Shown here one piece after another: positions 51,218 to 59,804 of a stretch of DNA of 64,000 nt. Under the pieces are notes generated by a model that was not told the origin of the DNA, made no database searches, and saw only the letters and a program-made list of their open reading frames with translations. Positions within the stretch are counted from its first letter, which is position 1, and the number at the start of each line of letters is the position of its first letter. Origin of the DNA: Bacteroidota bacterium (GTDB lineage Bacteria > Bacteroidota > Bacteroidia > Bacteroidales > VadinHA17); assembly GCA_012729475.1 (NCBI GenBank), contig JAAYDB010000001.1, positions 1,018 to 65,017 on the forward strand. Reading direction: 5' to 3'. A program made the position numbers and the translations under genes.

Positions 51218-51769
51218 CTACTTCTTCTTTTTTGGAGAGATGGAGATTATCATCCTTTTCCCTTCCAGTCTGGGCAACTGTTCCACTTTACCGTATTCTT
51301 CCAGATCACTGGCGAATCTTAAAAGCAGTAATTCACCCTGTTCTTTAAATAAGATCGATCTTCCTTTAAAGAAGACGTACGCTCTTACTTTGGATCCTTC
51401 TTCAAGGAACCTGACAGCATGTTTAAGTTTAAAATTATAATCATGATCATCAGTGTTTGGGCCGAATCGTATTTCTTTTACGACTATTTTGGTCGCTTTT
51501 GCCTTCAGCTCTTTTTGTTTCTTTTTTTGTTGGTAAAGGTATTTCTGATAATCAATAATTTTACATACAGGTGGATCAGCATTCGGAGAGATTTCAACCA
51601 GATCAAGTTCCATTTTATCAGCCAGTCTGAGAGCATCCTGGATACTCATGACCTGGGTTTCTATTTCTTCACCTACAACCCTGACCATTCTTGCAGTGAT
51701 CCGGTTGTTAATTCTGTGAGCCGGCTGGGTAACCCTTGCAGGCCTTCTTCTGATTGGTCCTGATATAAT
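51218..51769 (-). CDS. infC: Translation initiation factor IF-3 (non-canonical ATT start)
   Basis: The track ORF (51218..51688) lacks the conserved N-terminal segment. Extending in frame gives ...[18 protein letters not shown]... The ATT at 51769-51767 lies 5 nt after AGGAGG (51780-51775). AUU starts are the rule for infC. Confidence 0.85.
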   Translation of the reverse strand: MISGPIRRRPARVTQPAHRINNRITARMVRVVGEEIETQVMSIQDALRLADKMELDLVEISPNADPPVCKIIDYQKYLYQQKKKQKELKAKATKIVVKEIRFGPNTDDHDYNFKLKHAVRFLEEGSKVRAYVFFKGRSILFKEQGELLLLRFASDLEEYGKVEQLPRLEGKRMIISISPKKKK

Positions 51770-51812
51770 TTTATCCTCCTTATTTAAGTTACTAATCTGT
51801 TTATTTCAGCTG

Positions 51813-53753
51813 TCAAAGTGAGAGCTCTTTATTTATTTCTTCCTTAATAAAACTAACGAATTCGTCAATCGTCATATTGCCTTTATCGCCATCACCCTGT
51901 TTGCGAATAGAAACAGTGTTGTTTTCAACCTCTTTTTCACCAACGATAAGAAGATAAGGAATCCTCTTTAATTCATTATCCCTGATCTTCTTACCAAGCT
52001 TCTCGCTTCTGTCGTCAATTAAGGTGCAAATATCGGAATTATTTAGAATTTGCAAAATTTTTAATGCATAATCATTGAATTTATCGCTTACAGGGATAAT
52101 AACAGCTTTTTCCGGGGCAAGCCACAAAGGAAATTTACCTGCAGTGTTTTCTATTAGCACTGCGATGAATCTTTCCAGAGAACCAAATACTGCACGGTGT
52201 ATCATTACCGGTCTGTGTCTCTGGTTGTCACTTCCTGTATATGAAAGATCAAATCTTTCAGGAAGGTTATAATCGACCTGTATTGTACCAAGCTGCCATT
52301 TACGCCCGATAGCATCCTTTACCATGAAATCGAGTTTCGGACCATAGAAAGCTGCTTCACCGCGAACAACAGTTGTGATCAGGTTCTTTTCGCCTGCGGC
52401 ACTGATAATATCCTGTTCAGCTTTATCCCAGTTCTCGTCAGTACCAATATATTTTTCTTTATTATCAGGATCCCTGAGAGATATCTGTGCCGTAAAATCG
52501 TTGAGATTTAAAATTTTAAAAATATAGAGTATGAGATCAATTATTTTCTTGAATTCTTCTCTCAACTGATCAGGTCTGCAAAAATGATGTGCATCATCCT
52601 GTGTGAAACTCCTTACCCTTGTCAGACCATGAAGTTCACCGCTTTGTTCATACCTGTAAACAGTACCAAACTCAGCCAGTCGGACAGGTAACTCTTTGTA
52701 GGAATGAGGTGTCACATTGTATATCTCACAATGGTGTGGGCAATTCATCGGCTTAAGCATGAATTGTTCTCCTTCCTGCGGAGTAGACATGGGTTGGAAG
52801 GAACTGGAACCGTATTTCTCATAATGTCCGGATAATTTATACAGGTTCACATTTCCGATGTGAGGAGTGGCCACTATTTTATAACCGTGTTTCTTTAATA
52901 GCCTGGTAAGAAAATCTATAAGATTCTGACGTATATCCGCCCCTTTCGGTAACCACAGCGGCAGCCCCATGCCAACTTTGGGTGAAAAAGAAAAGAGTTC
53001 CAGTTCTTTGCCTATTTTTCTGTGATCTCTTCTTTTTGCTTCTTCCAGGATAACCAGATACTCATCAAGCATCTTTTGCCGTGGGAATGTGATGCCATAT
53101 ATCCTTGTAAGCATCTTCCTTTTTTCATCTCCCCGCCAGTAAGCTCCTGCAATACTTGTAAGCTTAATGGCTTTTACTGATCCTGTTGACGGAAGATGTG
53201 GTCCACGGCATAAATCAATGAAATTACCACTTGAATATAATGTTATTGTTCCGTCTTCAAGTTCATTTATAAGCTCTGTCTTATATTCATCACCTTTTTT
53301 TGTGAAGAGATCAAAAGCTTCTTTTTTGGTTACTTCCTTGCGTGTAAAGATTTGGTTAAGAGAAGCCAGTTCTTTCATCTTATTTTCGATTATGGGAAGA
53401 TCAGCTTCTGTTATAACTGTATCGTCTGCAGGGTCAACATCGTAATAAAACCCGTTTTCAATAGCCGGTCCAATACCAAATTTAATGCCAGGGTAAAGCG
53501 ACTCAAGAGCTTCAGCCATTAAATGAGCAGATGAATGCCAGAAAGCATGCCTGGCTTCTTCATCATCCCATTTATGCAGTTTTAATGTACTATCATTATA
53601 CAGCGGCCTCGACAAGTCATAGATTTCTCCGTTCACTGTGGCTACATATACTTCTTTCGCAAGGCCGGGATTTATCTGTTCAGCTATTTCCAGACTTGTG
53701 ATACCTTTCTTGTAGTCTTTTGTCGTTCCGTCAGGGAAAGTTATCTTAATCAT
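51813..53753 (-). CDS. thrS: Threonine--tRNA ligase
   Basis: About 646 aa with a TGS N-terminus ([10 protein letters not shown]), class II catalytic core motifs and an anticodon-binding C-terminus. ATG 53753 is preferred because the track start (TTG 53783) lies inside the predicted -7 box. Confidence 0.95.
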   Translation of the reverse strand: MIKITFPDGTTKDYKKGITSLEIAEQINPGLAKEVYVATVNGEIYDLSRPLYNDSTLKLHKWDDEEARHAFWHSSAHLMAEALESLYPGIKFGIGPAIENGFYYDVDPADDTVITEADLPIIENKMKELASLNQIFTRKEVTKKEAFDLFTKKGDEYKTELINELEDGTITLYSSGNFIDLCRGPHLPSTGSVKAIKLTSIAGAYWRGDEKRKMLTRIYGITFPRQKMLDEYLVILEEAKRRDHRKIGKELELFSFSPKVGMGLPLWLPKGADIRQNLIDFLTRLLKKHGYKIVATPHIGNVNLYKLSGHYEKYGSSSFQPMSTPQEGEQFMLKPMNCPHHCEIYNVTPHSYKELPVRLAEFGTVYRYEQSGELHGLTRVRSFTQDDAHHFCRPDQLREEFKKIIDLILYIFKILNLNDFTAQISLRDPDNKEKYIGTDENWDKAEQDIISAAGEKNLITTVVRGEAAFYGPKLDFMVKDAIGRKWQLGTIQVDYNLPERFDLSYTGSDNQRHRPVMIHRAVFGSLERFIAVLIENTAGKFPLWLAPEKAVIIPVSDKFNDYALKILQILNNSDICTLIDDRSEKLGKKIRDNELKRIPYLLIVGEKEVENNTVSIRKQGDGDKGNMTIDEFVSFIKEEINKELSL

Positions 53754-53780
53754 CCAATATATCTTATTTTTAATGGTCTG

Positions 53781-53788
53781 CAAAGATA
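53781..53788 (-). promoter_or_regulatory. Candidate -7 promoter box (TATCTTTG) for thrS-infC-rpmI-rplT
   Basis: The minus strand reads TATCTTTG (TAnnTTTG), ending 27 nt upstream of ATG 53753. Confidence 0.35.
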
Positions 53789-53911
53789 ATTATTATTTTA
53801 AAAAGAATGACGGGAAACAGAGCAGATCATAATTATTATTATTCTCAGCGCTAATCCAAAGAAGATGGCATGTTATTTGATTTCTTTGACTGTAAACAAT
53901 ACTTTACTCCG

Positions 53912-54664
53912 ATGAAAAATCTTTTATTTATACTGTTTCTCATTCCGGCAATAATGATTTCGTGTGAGTCATTTCCTGAAGCCGGTTTTGAGGTGGATAC
54001 TGTTTCCCCTGAGGTCGGACAGGCTGTTTATTTCTCCAGTTGCTCCCATAATGCACATGAGTATGAATGGGATTTTGGAGACGGGGTTGTTTCATATGAA
54101 CCTGATCCTGTTCATGTTTATACCGGAACAGGAACTTTTGAGGTTACTCTGACAGTTTATTCGCATACAGGTGATTCGGATCAGACATCATTGATGATTG
54201 ATGTAATGATACCAACGCTTCTTGAAATCACTGTCCTGGAATATTACGATGAATATGTTGTCCCTGATGCCAGTGTAAGACTTTATCCTACATTACTCGA
54301 CTGGGAATTTGAAAGAGATCTGCAGGCCGAGGGCTATACTGACAATGAGGGGCTTGTTGTATTCTCACATCTCGGACCTTATGTATATTATGTTGATGTC
54401 TGGGAAACAAATCATGATAATTATATCTTAAAAACGGATGACGTGGCATTTATCCGTACTTCCGAAATAATGCCCAATAAGATCAACAGGTTTACTGCAT
54501 GGGTCGATGTTGTGGATCATGGGAAAAGTGGCCGTACCGGTAAAAAGGATTATATAATAAAGAAAATAGAGCGTAGCAATACTGAGAAACAATCACCTTT
54601 TCCTACGTCAATAAATGAGGAATGGGCGGCTATGTACGAAAAGAGTATAAAGCTTAAGAAATAA
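53912..54664 (+). CDS. PKD-domain lipoprotein
   Basis: ATG 53912 gives MKNLLFILFLIPAIMISCES (lipobox). A PKD-like motif follows (YEWDFGDG ... HVYTGTGTFEVTLTV). Confidence 0.75.
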   Translation: MKNLLFILFLIPAIMISCESFPEAGFEVDTVSPEVGQAVYFSSCSHNAHEYEWDFGDGVVSYEPDPVHVYTGTGTFEVTLTVYSHTGDSDQTSLMIDVMIPTLLEITVLEYYDEYVVPDASVRLYPTLLDWEFERDLQAEGYTDNEGLVVFSHLGPYVYYVDVWETNHDNYILKTDDVAFIRTSEIMPNKINRFTAWVDVVDHGKSGRTGKKDYIIKKIERSNTEKQSPFPTSINEEWAAMYEKSIKLKK

Positions 54665-54685
54665 GCAGAGCTAATAAAAACATAA

Positions 54686-54737
54686 GAAGTGCAGACTTTC
54701 CATTTATCACAGAGTTCTGTGCTCCTTGTTTTTTCTG
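54686..54737 (+). terminator. Probable intrinsic terminator after the PKD lipoprotein gene
   Basis: GAAGTGCAGA (54686-54695) pairs with TCTGTGCTCC (54716-54725): 10 positions with 1 mismatch and 2 G-U pairs. It is followed by TTGTTTTTTCTG. Confidence 0.4.
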
Positions 54738-55067
54738 TTCTTATCAACAGAAATATCTAGAGGTCTTTGGGGCCATCATATTTGTATGTGAACCAGTTGT
54801 GGGAAATAAAAGTCATCATCACTCTGAGGCGCATAAATGAAATTCTGAACAGATCATATAATATTTGTCACCAAGGGAATGACGACGGGTTAAGTAATTA
54901 TTCATGGTTATTGGATAATTAATATAACTATAAATCCGGGCTTATAAAGGGTTATTTTTAATGCTGACTGTTTATAAGAAATAGATTTCGTTTATTATCT
55001 TTCGGGCTTTCACAGCTAAAGGACTATGAAAAGTATTGCTTCATCAGGATTCTAAAGTACTATATAT

Positions 55068-56429
55068 ATGAGTAACCAGATATCAGCTATTCGTGATAGT
55101 TTTTCAGGGCGATTTGCAGTGGTTGCTGCTGTTGCCGGATCGGCAGTAGGATTAGGTAATATATGGCGTTTCCCGTATCTGGTTGGCCAGAATGGAGGGG
55201 GAGCCTTTCTCCTTATTTACCTCTTATGTGTCGCAGTTATAGGTATACCTGTTATGACATCGGAATTTATAATAGGAAGATCGGCACAGCTTAATCCTTA
55301 CGGGGCATTTAAAAAACTTGCTCCGGGAAAACCATGGTGCCTGATTGGTATAATGGGTGTTGCAGCTGCCTTTATGATACTGGCATTTTATACTACAGTA
55401 GCAGGGTGGACCCTGGAGTATTTTTATCAGTCTCTTACCGGTAATCTGATGGGTAAAACAGATACCGAACTGACAGGTATGTTCGATGATTTTCTCAGCA
55501 GTTCGTTCCGCCCTGTTCTGTGGTTTGTAATCTTTATGTGTTTTACTGCTTATATAATAATATCAGGGGTGAAAAAGGGTATTGAAAAGTACACTAAAAT
55601 AATGATGCCCTTTCTTTTTTTACTTCTTATAGTATTATGTATCAGGTCGCTTACTCTACCGGGAGGTAAGGCTGGTCTTCATTTTTTATTTCATCCTGAT
55701 TTCAGTAAGATAACTCCAAAGATCATTCTGGAAGCTCTAGGGCAGTCCTTTTTCTCTTTGAGTGTAGGTATGGGGACATTAATAACTTACGGGTCATATA
55801 TTAAAAAGGATGAAAACCTTCTTGCTTCAGCGGGATACATTACACTGGCAGATGCTCTTGTAGCTGTTCTGGCCGGTATAGCAATTTTCCCTGCAGTTTT
55901 TGCACTGGGTGGATCTCCGGCCTCAGGTACCGGTCTGACATATATTGTATTACCTGGTATTTTTGATAAGATGCCCATGGGATCAGTTTTTTCAGTAGTA
56001 TTTTTTCTTTTGCTGTCAATAGCAGCCCTGACATCAACAATCTCTGTTCTGGAAGTTATAGTTGCCTATCTTGTGGAAGAATTGAAAATGTCCAGAAAAA
56101 AGGCAACGGTAGCTGCATCTCTTTCTGTCTCTGTACTCGGAGTAATAACAGTGCTCTCTTTTGGAGTATTCGGTAACATCAGTATTCTGGACAGAAACTT
56201 GTTTAGTTTTCTGGAGTTTCTGACCTCAAATATTATGCTGCCTGTAGGAGGCCTGTTCATCGTAATGTTTATCGGCTGGTTTTATAGCCGTGATCTGACA
56301 AATGACGAATTGACGAGTGGAGGCCTGTTGAAGGGGAGTCTGATACCTGTCTTTATATTTATTGTAAAATTTGTAGCACCAGTAGCCATAGCTTTCGTCT
56401 TCCTGTACAGTCTGGGTATTATTCGGTAA
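55068..56429 (+). CDS. Sodium-dependent neurotransmitter:sodium symporter (NSS/SNF) family transporter
   Basis: 453 aa, about 11-12 TM segments, with the signature GLGNIWRFPYL. Confidence 0.9.
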   Translation: MSNQISAIRDSFSGRFAVVAAVAGSAVGLGNIWRFPYLVGQNGGGAFLLIYLLCVAVIGIPVMTSEFIIGRSAQLNPYGAFKKLAPGKPWCLIGIMGVAAAFMILAFYTTVAGWTLEYFYQSLTGNLMGKTDTELTGMFDDFLSSSFRPVLWFVIFMCFTAYIIISGVKKGIEKYTKIMMPFLFLLLIVLCIRSLTLPGGKAGLHFLFHPDFSKITPKIILEALGQSFFSLSVGMGTLITYGSYIKKDENLLASAGYITLADALVAVLAGIAIFPAVFALGGSPASGTGLTYIVLPGIFDKMPMGSVFSVVFFLLLSIAALTSTISVLEVIVAYLVEELKMSRKKATVAASLSVSVLGVITVLSFGVFGNISILDRNLFSFLEFLTSNIMLPVGGLFIVMFIGWFYSRDLTNDELTSGGLLKGSLIPVFIFIVKFVAPVAIAFVFLYSLGIIR

Positions 56430-56491
56430 CCTTACCGTAAGGTCTGTGGGGCCGGGAGTTTTAAATAAAAAGCACTTGTGCCAGGTACGGA

Positions 56492-57646
56492 TTATTTCTG
56501 CAGATCATCTGAAAATACTGCTTGCGGCAGAGGCCTTAGATTATACCGTGAGGCCATTGCTTCTCCATAGGCTCCCGCCGACCTGATTGCTATAAAATCT
56601 CCTCTGTGTGTTTCCGGTAAATAAACCGATTTGCCAAAAGTATCAGATGACTCACAAATAGGACCCACAACATCATACCTGAGTTTCTTTCCATCAGATG
56701 TCAGGTTCTCTATTTTATGATATGCCTGATATAAGGCTGGTCTTATCAGATCAGTCATCCCTGCATCCAGAACAGCAAAAAGAGTGTTACTGCCCGGCTT
56801 AACGTACAGGACACGGGATATAAGTGAGCCACACTGGCCTACTACTGACCTGCCTGGTTCAAAATGTAATTCCTGGCCAGGTTTTAACTGGATAAATTTT
56901 TTGACAAGGGAAAAATACTCTTTGAATTTGGGCTGGTTTTCAGGATTCTCATAATCAATGCCAAGACCTCCGCCAATATTGATCACTCTCAGTGGAGCAT
57001 TCCTTGAACTGAACCATTCCTGTAACTCATTAATACGGGAACAGAGACTTTGAAATACCGACATCTGTGTTATCTGCGATCCAACATGAAAGTGAATGCC
57101 AATGAGTTGTATGAATTGCAGATCTTTAAGTTTTTTAACAACATCTTCCAGTTCCCATGTATTTATCCCGAATTTACTTTCTTCAATTCCTGTAGTAATA
57201 TACTTATGTGTGTGTGCTTCAATTAAGGGATTGATCCTTAAAGCTATTCTTGTAACCCTATTTTGTTTTGATGCTATTTCGTTTATTACTTCCATTTCAG
57301 GAATTGACTCACAGTTGAAACAAAAAATATCAGCCTTGACGGCATTTTCTATTTCTTCATCGCTTTTACCAACGCCTGCAAAAACAATTTCGGAAGGTTC
57401 AATACCTGCTTTGAGTGCAGCGTCAATTTCATTCCAGCTGACACAGTCGGCACCAAGACCATAATCAGCTATTTGTTTAAGTATTCTTGGGTTGGGATTA
57501 GCCTTTAGAGCATAGTGCAGTTTTATTCCGGAGTTAGCGGATTCTTCTTTCAGTATATCAAGTGTGGAATTAAGAATGTCCAAATCATAGTAATAAAATG
57601 GTGTCTTAATATTCCTGAATTTCTTAATTGTTTCTTTGTTCATCAT
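56492..57646 (-). CDS. lysA: Diaminopimelate decarboxylase
   Basis: It has a PLP-Lys motif (HYALKANPN), GGGLGI and a C-terminal beta-barrel region. Its start overlaps the lysC stop (ATGA). Confidence 0.92.
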   Translation of the reverse strand: MMNKETIKKFRNIKTPFYYYDLDILNSTLDILKEESANSGIKLHYALKANPNPRILKQIADYGLGADCVSWNEIDAALKAGIEPSEIVFAGVGKSDEEIENAVKADIFCFNCESIPEMEVINEIASKQNRVTRIALRINPLIEAHTHKYITTGIEESKFGINTWELEDVVKKLKDLQFIQLIGIHFHVGSQITQMSVFQSLCSRINELQEWFSSRNAPLRVINIGGGLGIDYENPENQPKFKEYFSLVKKFIQLKPGQELHFEPGRSVVGQCGSLISRVLYVKPGSNTLFAVLDAGMTDLIRPALYQAYHKIENLTSDGKKLRYDVVGPICESSDTFGKSVYLPETHRGDFIAIRSAGAYGEAMASRYNLRPLPQAVFSDDLQK

Positions 57647-58974
57647 TTCTTTTTTCCAAATAAGTGTTTACTGAGCATTCTTAGAGCTTTGGTTTTCTCT
57701 GCTGTATCTATCAGCAGAGATATATTATTGTCACTTCCACCATAGGATATCATCTTGATAGGTATCGAATTAAGTGCTTTGAATATTTCAGGGGCAGAAC
57801 CAATTTTCCCTGTCCTGAAATCCCCCACAACGCATATAATTGATTGATTTAGTTCAATATCGACAGATCCGAATTCGCTGAGATCCTTAACTATCTCGTC
57901 AAGGTGTTCCGGGTTGTCTATTGTGATTGATACAGACACTTCAGATGTTGTGATCATATCAATGGGAGTTCTGTAGGCTTCAAAGATCTCAAAGACTTTT
58001 CTTAAAAATCCATAGGCCATCAGCATCCTGTCTGATCTGATTCTCAGGACAGATATTCCGTCTTTTGCTGCAACAGCCTTGTATTCCGCCAGATCACTTT
58101 TTGCAGTTATAAGAGTCCCATCATCTTCCGGTTCCAGAGTATTTTTAAGGCGAACAGGAATGTTATTTGTCTTTGCAGGATTGACAGTAGCAGGATGCAG
58201 TATCTTTGCACCGAAATATGCCAGTTCAGCTGCCTCATCAAATGATAATTCACGAATAACTTCTGTCTTTTCGACGAAACGCGGATCATTATTATGAAAA
58301 CCATTGATATCAGTCCAAATCTGGATCTCGCCGGCTTTGAGAACGGCACCAATTATTGACGCAGTGAAATCGCTTCCTCCCCGTTTGAGATTATCAATTT
58401 CCCCGGATGCATTTCTGCAGATAAAGCCCTGAGTTATCAGGATGCTGTCAGAATCATATTTTGTGAGTTCTCTTTTCAGGTTTTCTTCAATGTAATAATA
58501 ATCGGGTTCACCATCCTTGTCAATACGCATGAAATTAAGAGCTGGTAAGAGGATGGATTTAAAACCTTTTTCCAGTAACAGATTATGAACGAGGGCAGTT
58601 GAAATAAGTTCACCTTCTCCTACAATGGCTTTTCCTTGCGTCCTGGTGAATTGTTTGGTTACAAAACCGGTTATATAACCGAAATGTGAATCAATAAGTT
58701 CGTGGCCGGTTTTTTCATAGATTTTATCTTCGTACAACTCGTCAACTACTTTGTGGTATCTGGTTTTTAACTCTTCAATTTTTTCTGAAGCTTCTTTTAT
58801 TTTACCACCGGAGAGGAGGTCTGTTATCTCAATCAGGCTGTTGGTTGTTCCTGACATGGCCGAGAGTACAACAATCTTACTTTCATTGTCGGTTATTAAT
58901 GGGATTAAGGCCTTCATCCTTTCAGGACTACCGACTGATGTCCCTCCGAATTTCATTACTTTTACTATACTCAT
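57643..58974 (-). CDS. lysC: Aspartate kinase (monofunctional, two ACT domains)
   Basis: 443 aa with N-terminal VMKFGGTSVG and a C-terminal ACT pair. Confidence 0.92.
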   Translation of the reverse strand: MSIVKVMKFGGTSVGSPERMKALIPLITDNESKIVVLSAMSGTTNSLIEITDLLSGGKIKEASEKIEELKTRYHKVVDELYEDKIYEKTGHELIDSHFGYITGFVTKQFTRTQGKAIVGEGELISTALVHNLLLEKGFKSILLPALNFMRIDKDGEPDYYYIEENLKRELTKYDSDSILITQGFICRNASGEIDNLKRGGSDFTASIIGAVLKAGEIQIWTDINGFHNNDPRFVEKTEVIRELSFDEAAELAYFGAKILHPATVNPAKTNNIPVRLKNTLEPEDDGTLITAKSDLAEYKAVAAKDGISVLRIRSDRMLMAYGFLRKVFEIFEAYRTPIDMITTSEVSVSITIDNPEHLDEIVKDLSEFGSVDIELNQSIICVVGDFRTGKIGSAPEIFKALNSIPIKMISYGGSDNNISLLIDTAEKTKALRMLSKHLFGKKK

Positions 58975-58989
58975 AGTTCGTTTATTTAG

Positions 58990-59017
58990 AAAAAAACCTG
59001 CTTTTCAAGGGCAGGTC
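58990..59017 (-). terminator. Intrinsic terminator (attenuator stem 3:4) 15 nt upstream of the lysC ATG
   Basis: The minus-strand RNA reads ACCUGC-CCUUGAAAA-GCAGGU followed by UUUUUU. No upstream minus-strand gene exists that it could terminate, apart from the mini-ORF. Confidence 0.55.
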
Positions 59018-59069
59018 TGTTATATCTATCAGGAGCAATAATTCTCATTTGCAGATAATTCAGACCCTT

Positions 59070-59144
59070 TTATTGATATATTAAAAGGATTAAATGCTTT
59101 TTTACCTGTTTATATATATTCTTCATTTTAAATGTGCTCTTCAT
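59070..59144 (-). CDS. Candidate Lys-rich leader peptide (24 aa: MKSTFKMKNIYKQVKKHLILLIYQ)
   Basis: ATG 59144 to TAA 59072-59070. Six of 24 codons are Lys, including a tandem AAA-AAG at codons 15-16. The ORF 3' end and stop codon are embedded in alternative hairpins that overlap the terminator. Confidence 0.45.
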   Translation of the reverse strand: MKSTFKMKNIYKQVKKHLILLIYQ

Positions 59145-59164
59145 TATTTTCTTATATCAGTGTG

Positions 59165-59172
59165 CAAAAATA
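59165..59172 (-). promoter_or_regulatory. Candidate -7 promoter box (TATTTTTG) driving the lys leader transcript
   Basis: The minus strand reads TATTTTTG (TAnnTTTG), ending 20 nt upstream of the leader ATG. Confidence 0.35.
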
Positions 59173-59338
59173 TACTTTTCTATGATACGCGGATAATTGT
59201 TAATAATTTTTTTGTTATTTTTGTCCCCGCTATTGAAAAGATCAGAGCATAGTGTCCCGGGAACAGACAGTGTTAAACATTGAAAAGTCCGGAAGAAAAA
59301 GAAAATGAAGAAGGCAACATATTGTTCTGAGTTGAATT

Positions 59339-59422
59339 GCCCAGATGGCGGAATTGGTAGACGCGCTAGTTTCAGGGACTAGTGTCAGCAATGATGTGCA
59401 GGTTCGAGTCCTGTTCTGGGCA
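59339..59422 (+). tRNA. tRNA-Leu (anticodon CAG), long variable arm, no encoded CCA
   Basis: It folds as acceptor GCCCAGA/TCTGGGC, anticodon stem CTAGT/ACTAG with loop TTCAGGG, T-arm GCAGGTTCGAGTCCTGT and discriminator A. Length 84 nt. Confidence 0.93.
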
Positions 59423-59504
59423 CAGGAGAAGTGAGGAATTCATTACTCAGTGTATAGACCGGATTATCGTTTAATACTCTGGGTAATTGATTCTGAAGCA
59501 ATCT

Positions 59505-59588
59505 GCCCAGATGGTGGAATTGGTAGACACGCCAGCTTGAGGGGCTGGTGCCGGCAACGGTGTGCAAGTTCGAGTCTTGTTCTGGGCA
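59505..59588 (+). tRNA. tRNA-Leu (anticodon GAG), long variable arm, CCA encoded at 59589-59591
   Basis: It folds as acceptor GCCCAGA/TCTGGGC, anticodon stem CCAGC/GCTGG with loop TTGAGGG and T-arm GCAAGTTCGAGTCTTGT. Length 84 nt. Confidence 0.93.
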
Positions 59589-59592
59589 CCAG

Positions 59593-59640
59593 AAAAAGAA
59601 AGAGTCAGTCCCTGATTGATTTCTTTCTTTTTATTTTTTA
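59593..59640 (+). terminator. Probable terminator after the tRNA-Leu pair
   Basis: AAAAAGAAAGA (59593-59603) pairs with TCTTTCTTTTT (59622-59632). There is an inner TCAG/CTGA mini-stem, and ATTTTTTA follows. Confidence 0.4.
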
Positions 59641-59736
59641 TTTGCCTCTGTAGTTTATTCAAAATTAATGAATGAAGCAGAAATGATATAAAATACGATA
59701 TTTTCTCTTTAATCCTGACCCATATAAATATTTGAT

Positions 59737-59766
59737 TTTGATCTCTGGTGTAAATCATTACATTTG
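59737..59766 (+). promoter_or_regulatory. Candidate Bacteroidota promoter (-33 TTTG, -7 TACATTTG) for the AGCS transporter gene
   Basis: TTTG lies at 59737-59740 and TACATTTG at 59759-59766, with an 18-nt spacer. ATG 59805 is 38 nt downstream. Confidence 0.4.
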
Positions 59767-59804
59767 TTTAGAAGAGAATGTTTTGATAACTATCACCATT
59801 CACT

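Noticed and set aside
53754-53911. T-box or long regulatory leader upstream of thrS
   Set aside because: The predicted -7 box leaves a 5' UTR of only about 20 nt, which is too short for a T-box. Bacteroidota are not known to use T-boxes.
58975-59340. Lysine riboswitch (L-box) upstream of lysC
   Set aside because: The leader is only about 170 nt and very AT-rich. I could not find the conserved L-box cores (such as AGAGGCGC, GGUGCC or the multi-helix junction sequences). The mini-ORF plus alternative hairpins explain the terminator better. An Infernal scan should confirm this.
59385-59758. Three track ORFs (59385-59567 on -, 59450-59653 on +, 59471-59758 on -) spanning the tRNA region
   Set aside because: They overlap the two tRNA-Leu genes and their terminator. 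Their translations look like noise.
59592-59804. Glycine riboswitch or other riboswitch upstream of the alanine/glycine:cation symporter
   Set aside because: No GGAGAG...CACCG...GGGGCAA-type cores are present. The region is explained by the tRNA terminator plus a well-spaced -33/-7 promoter.
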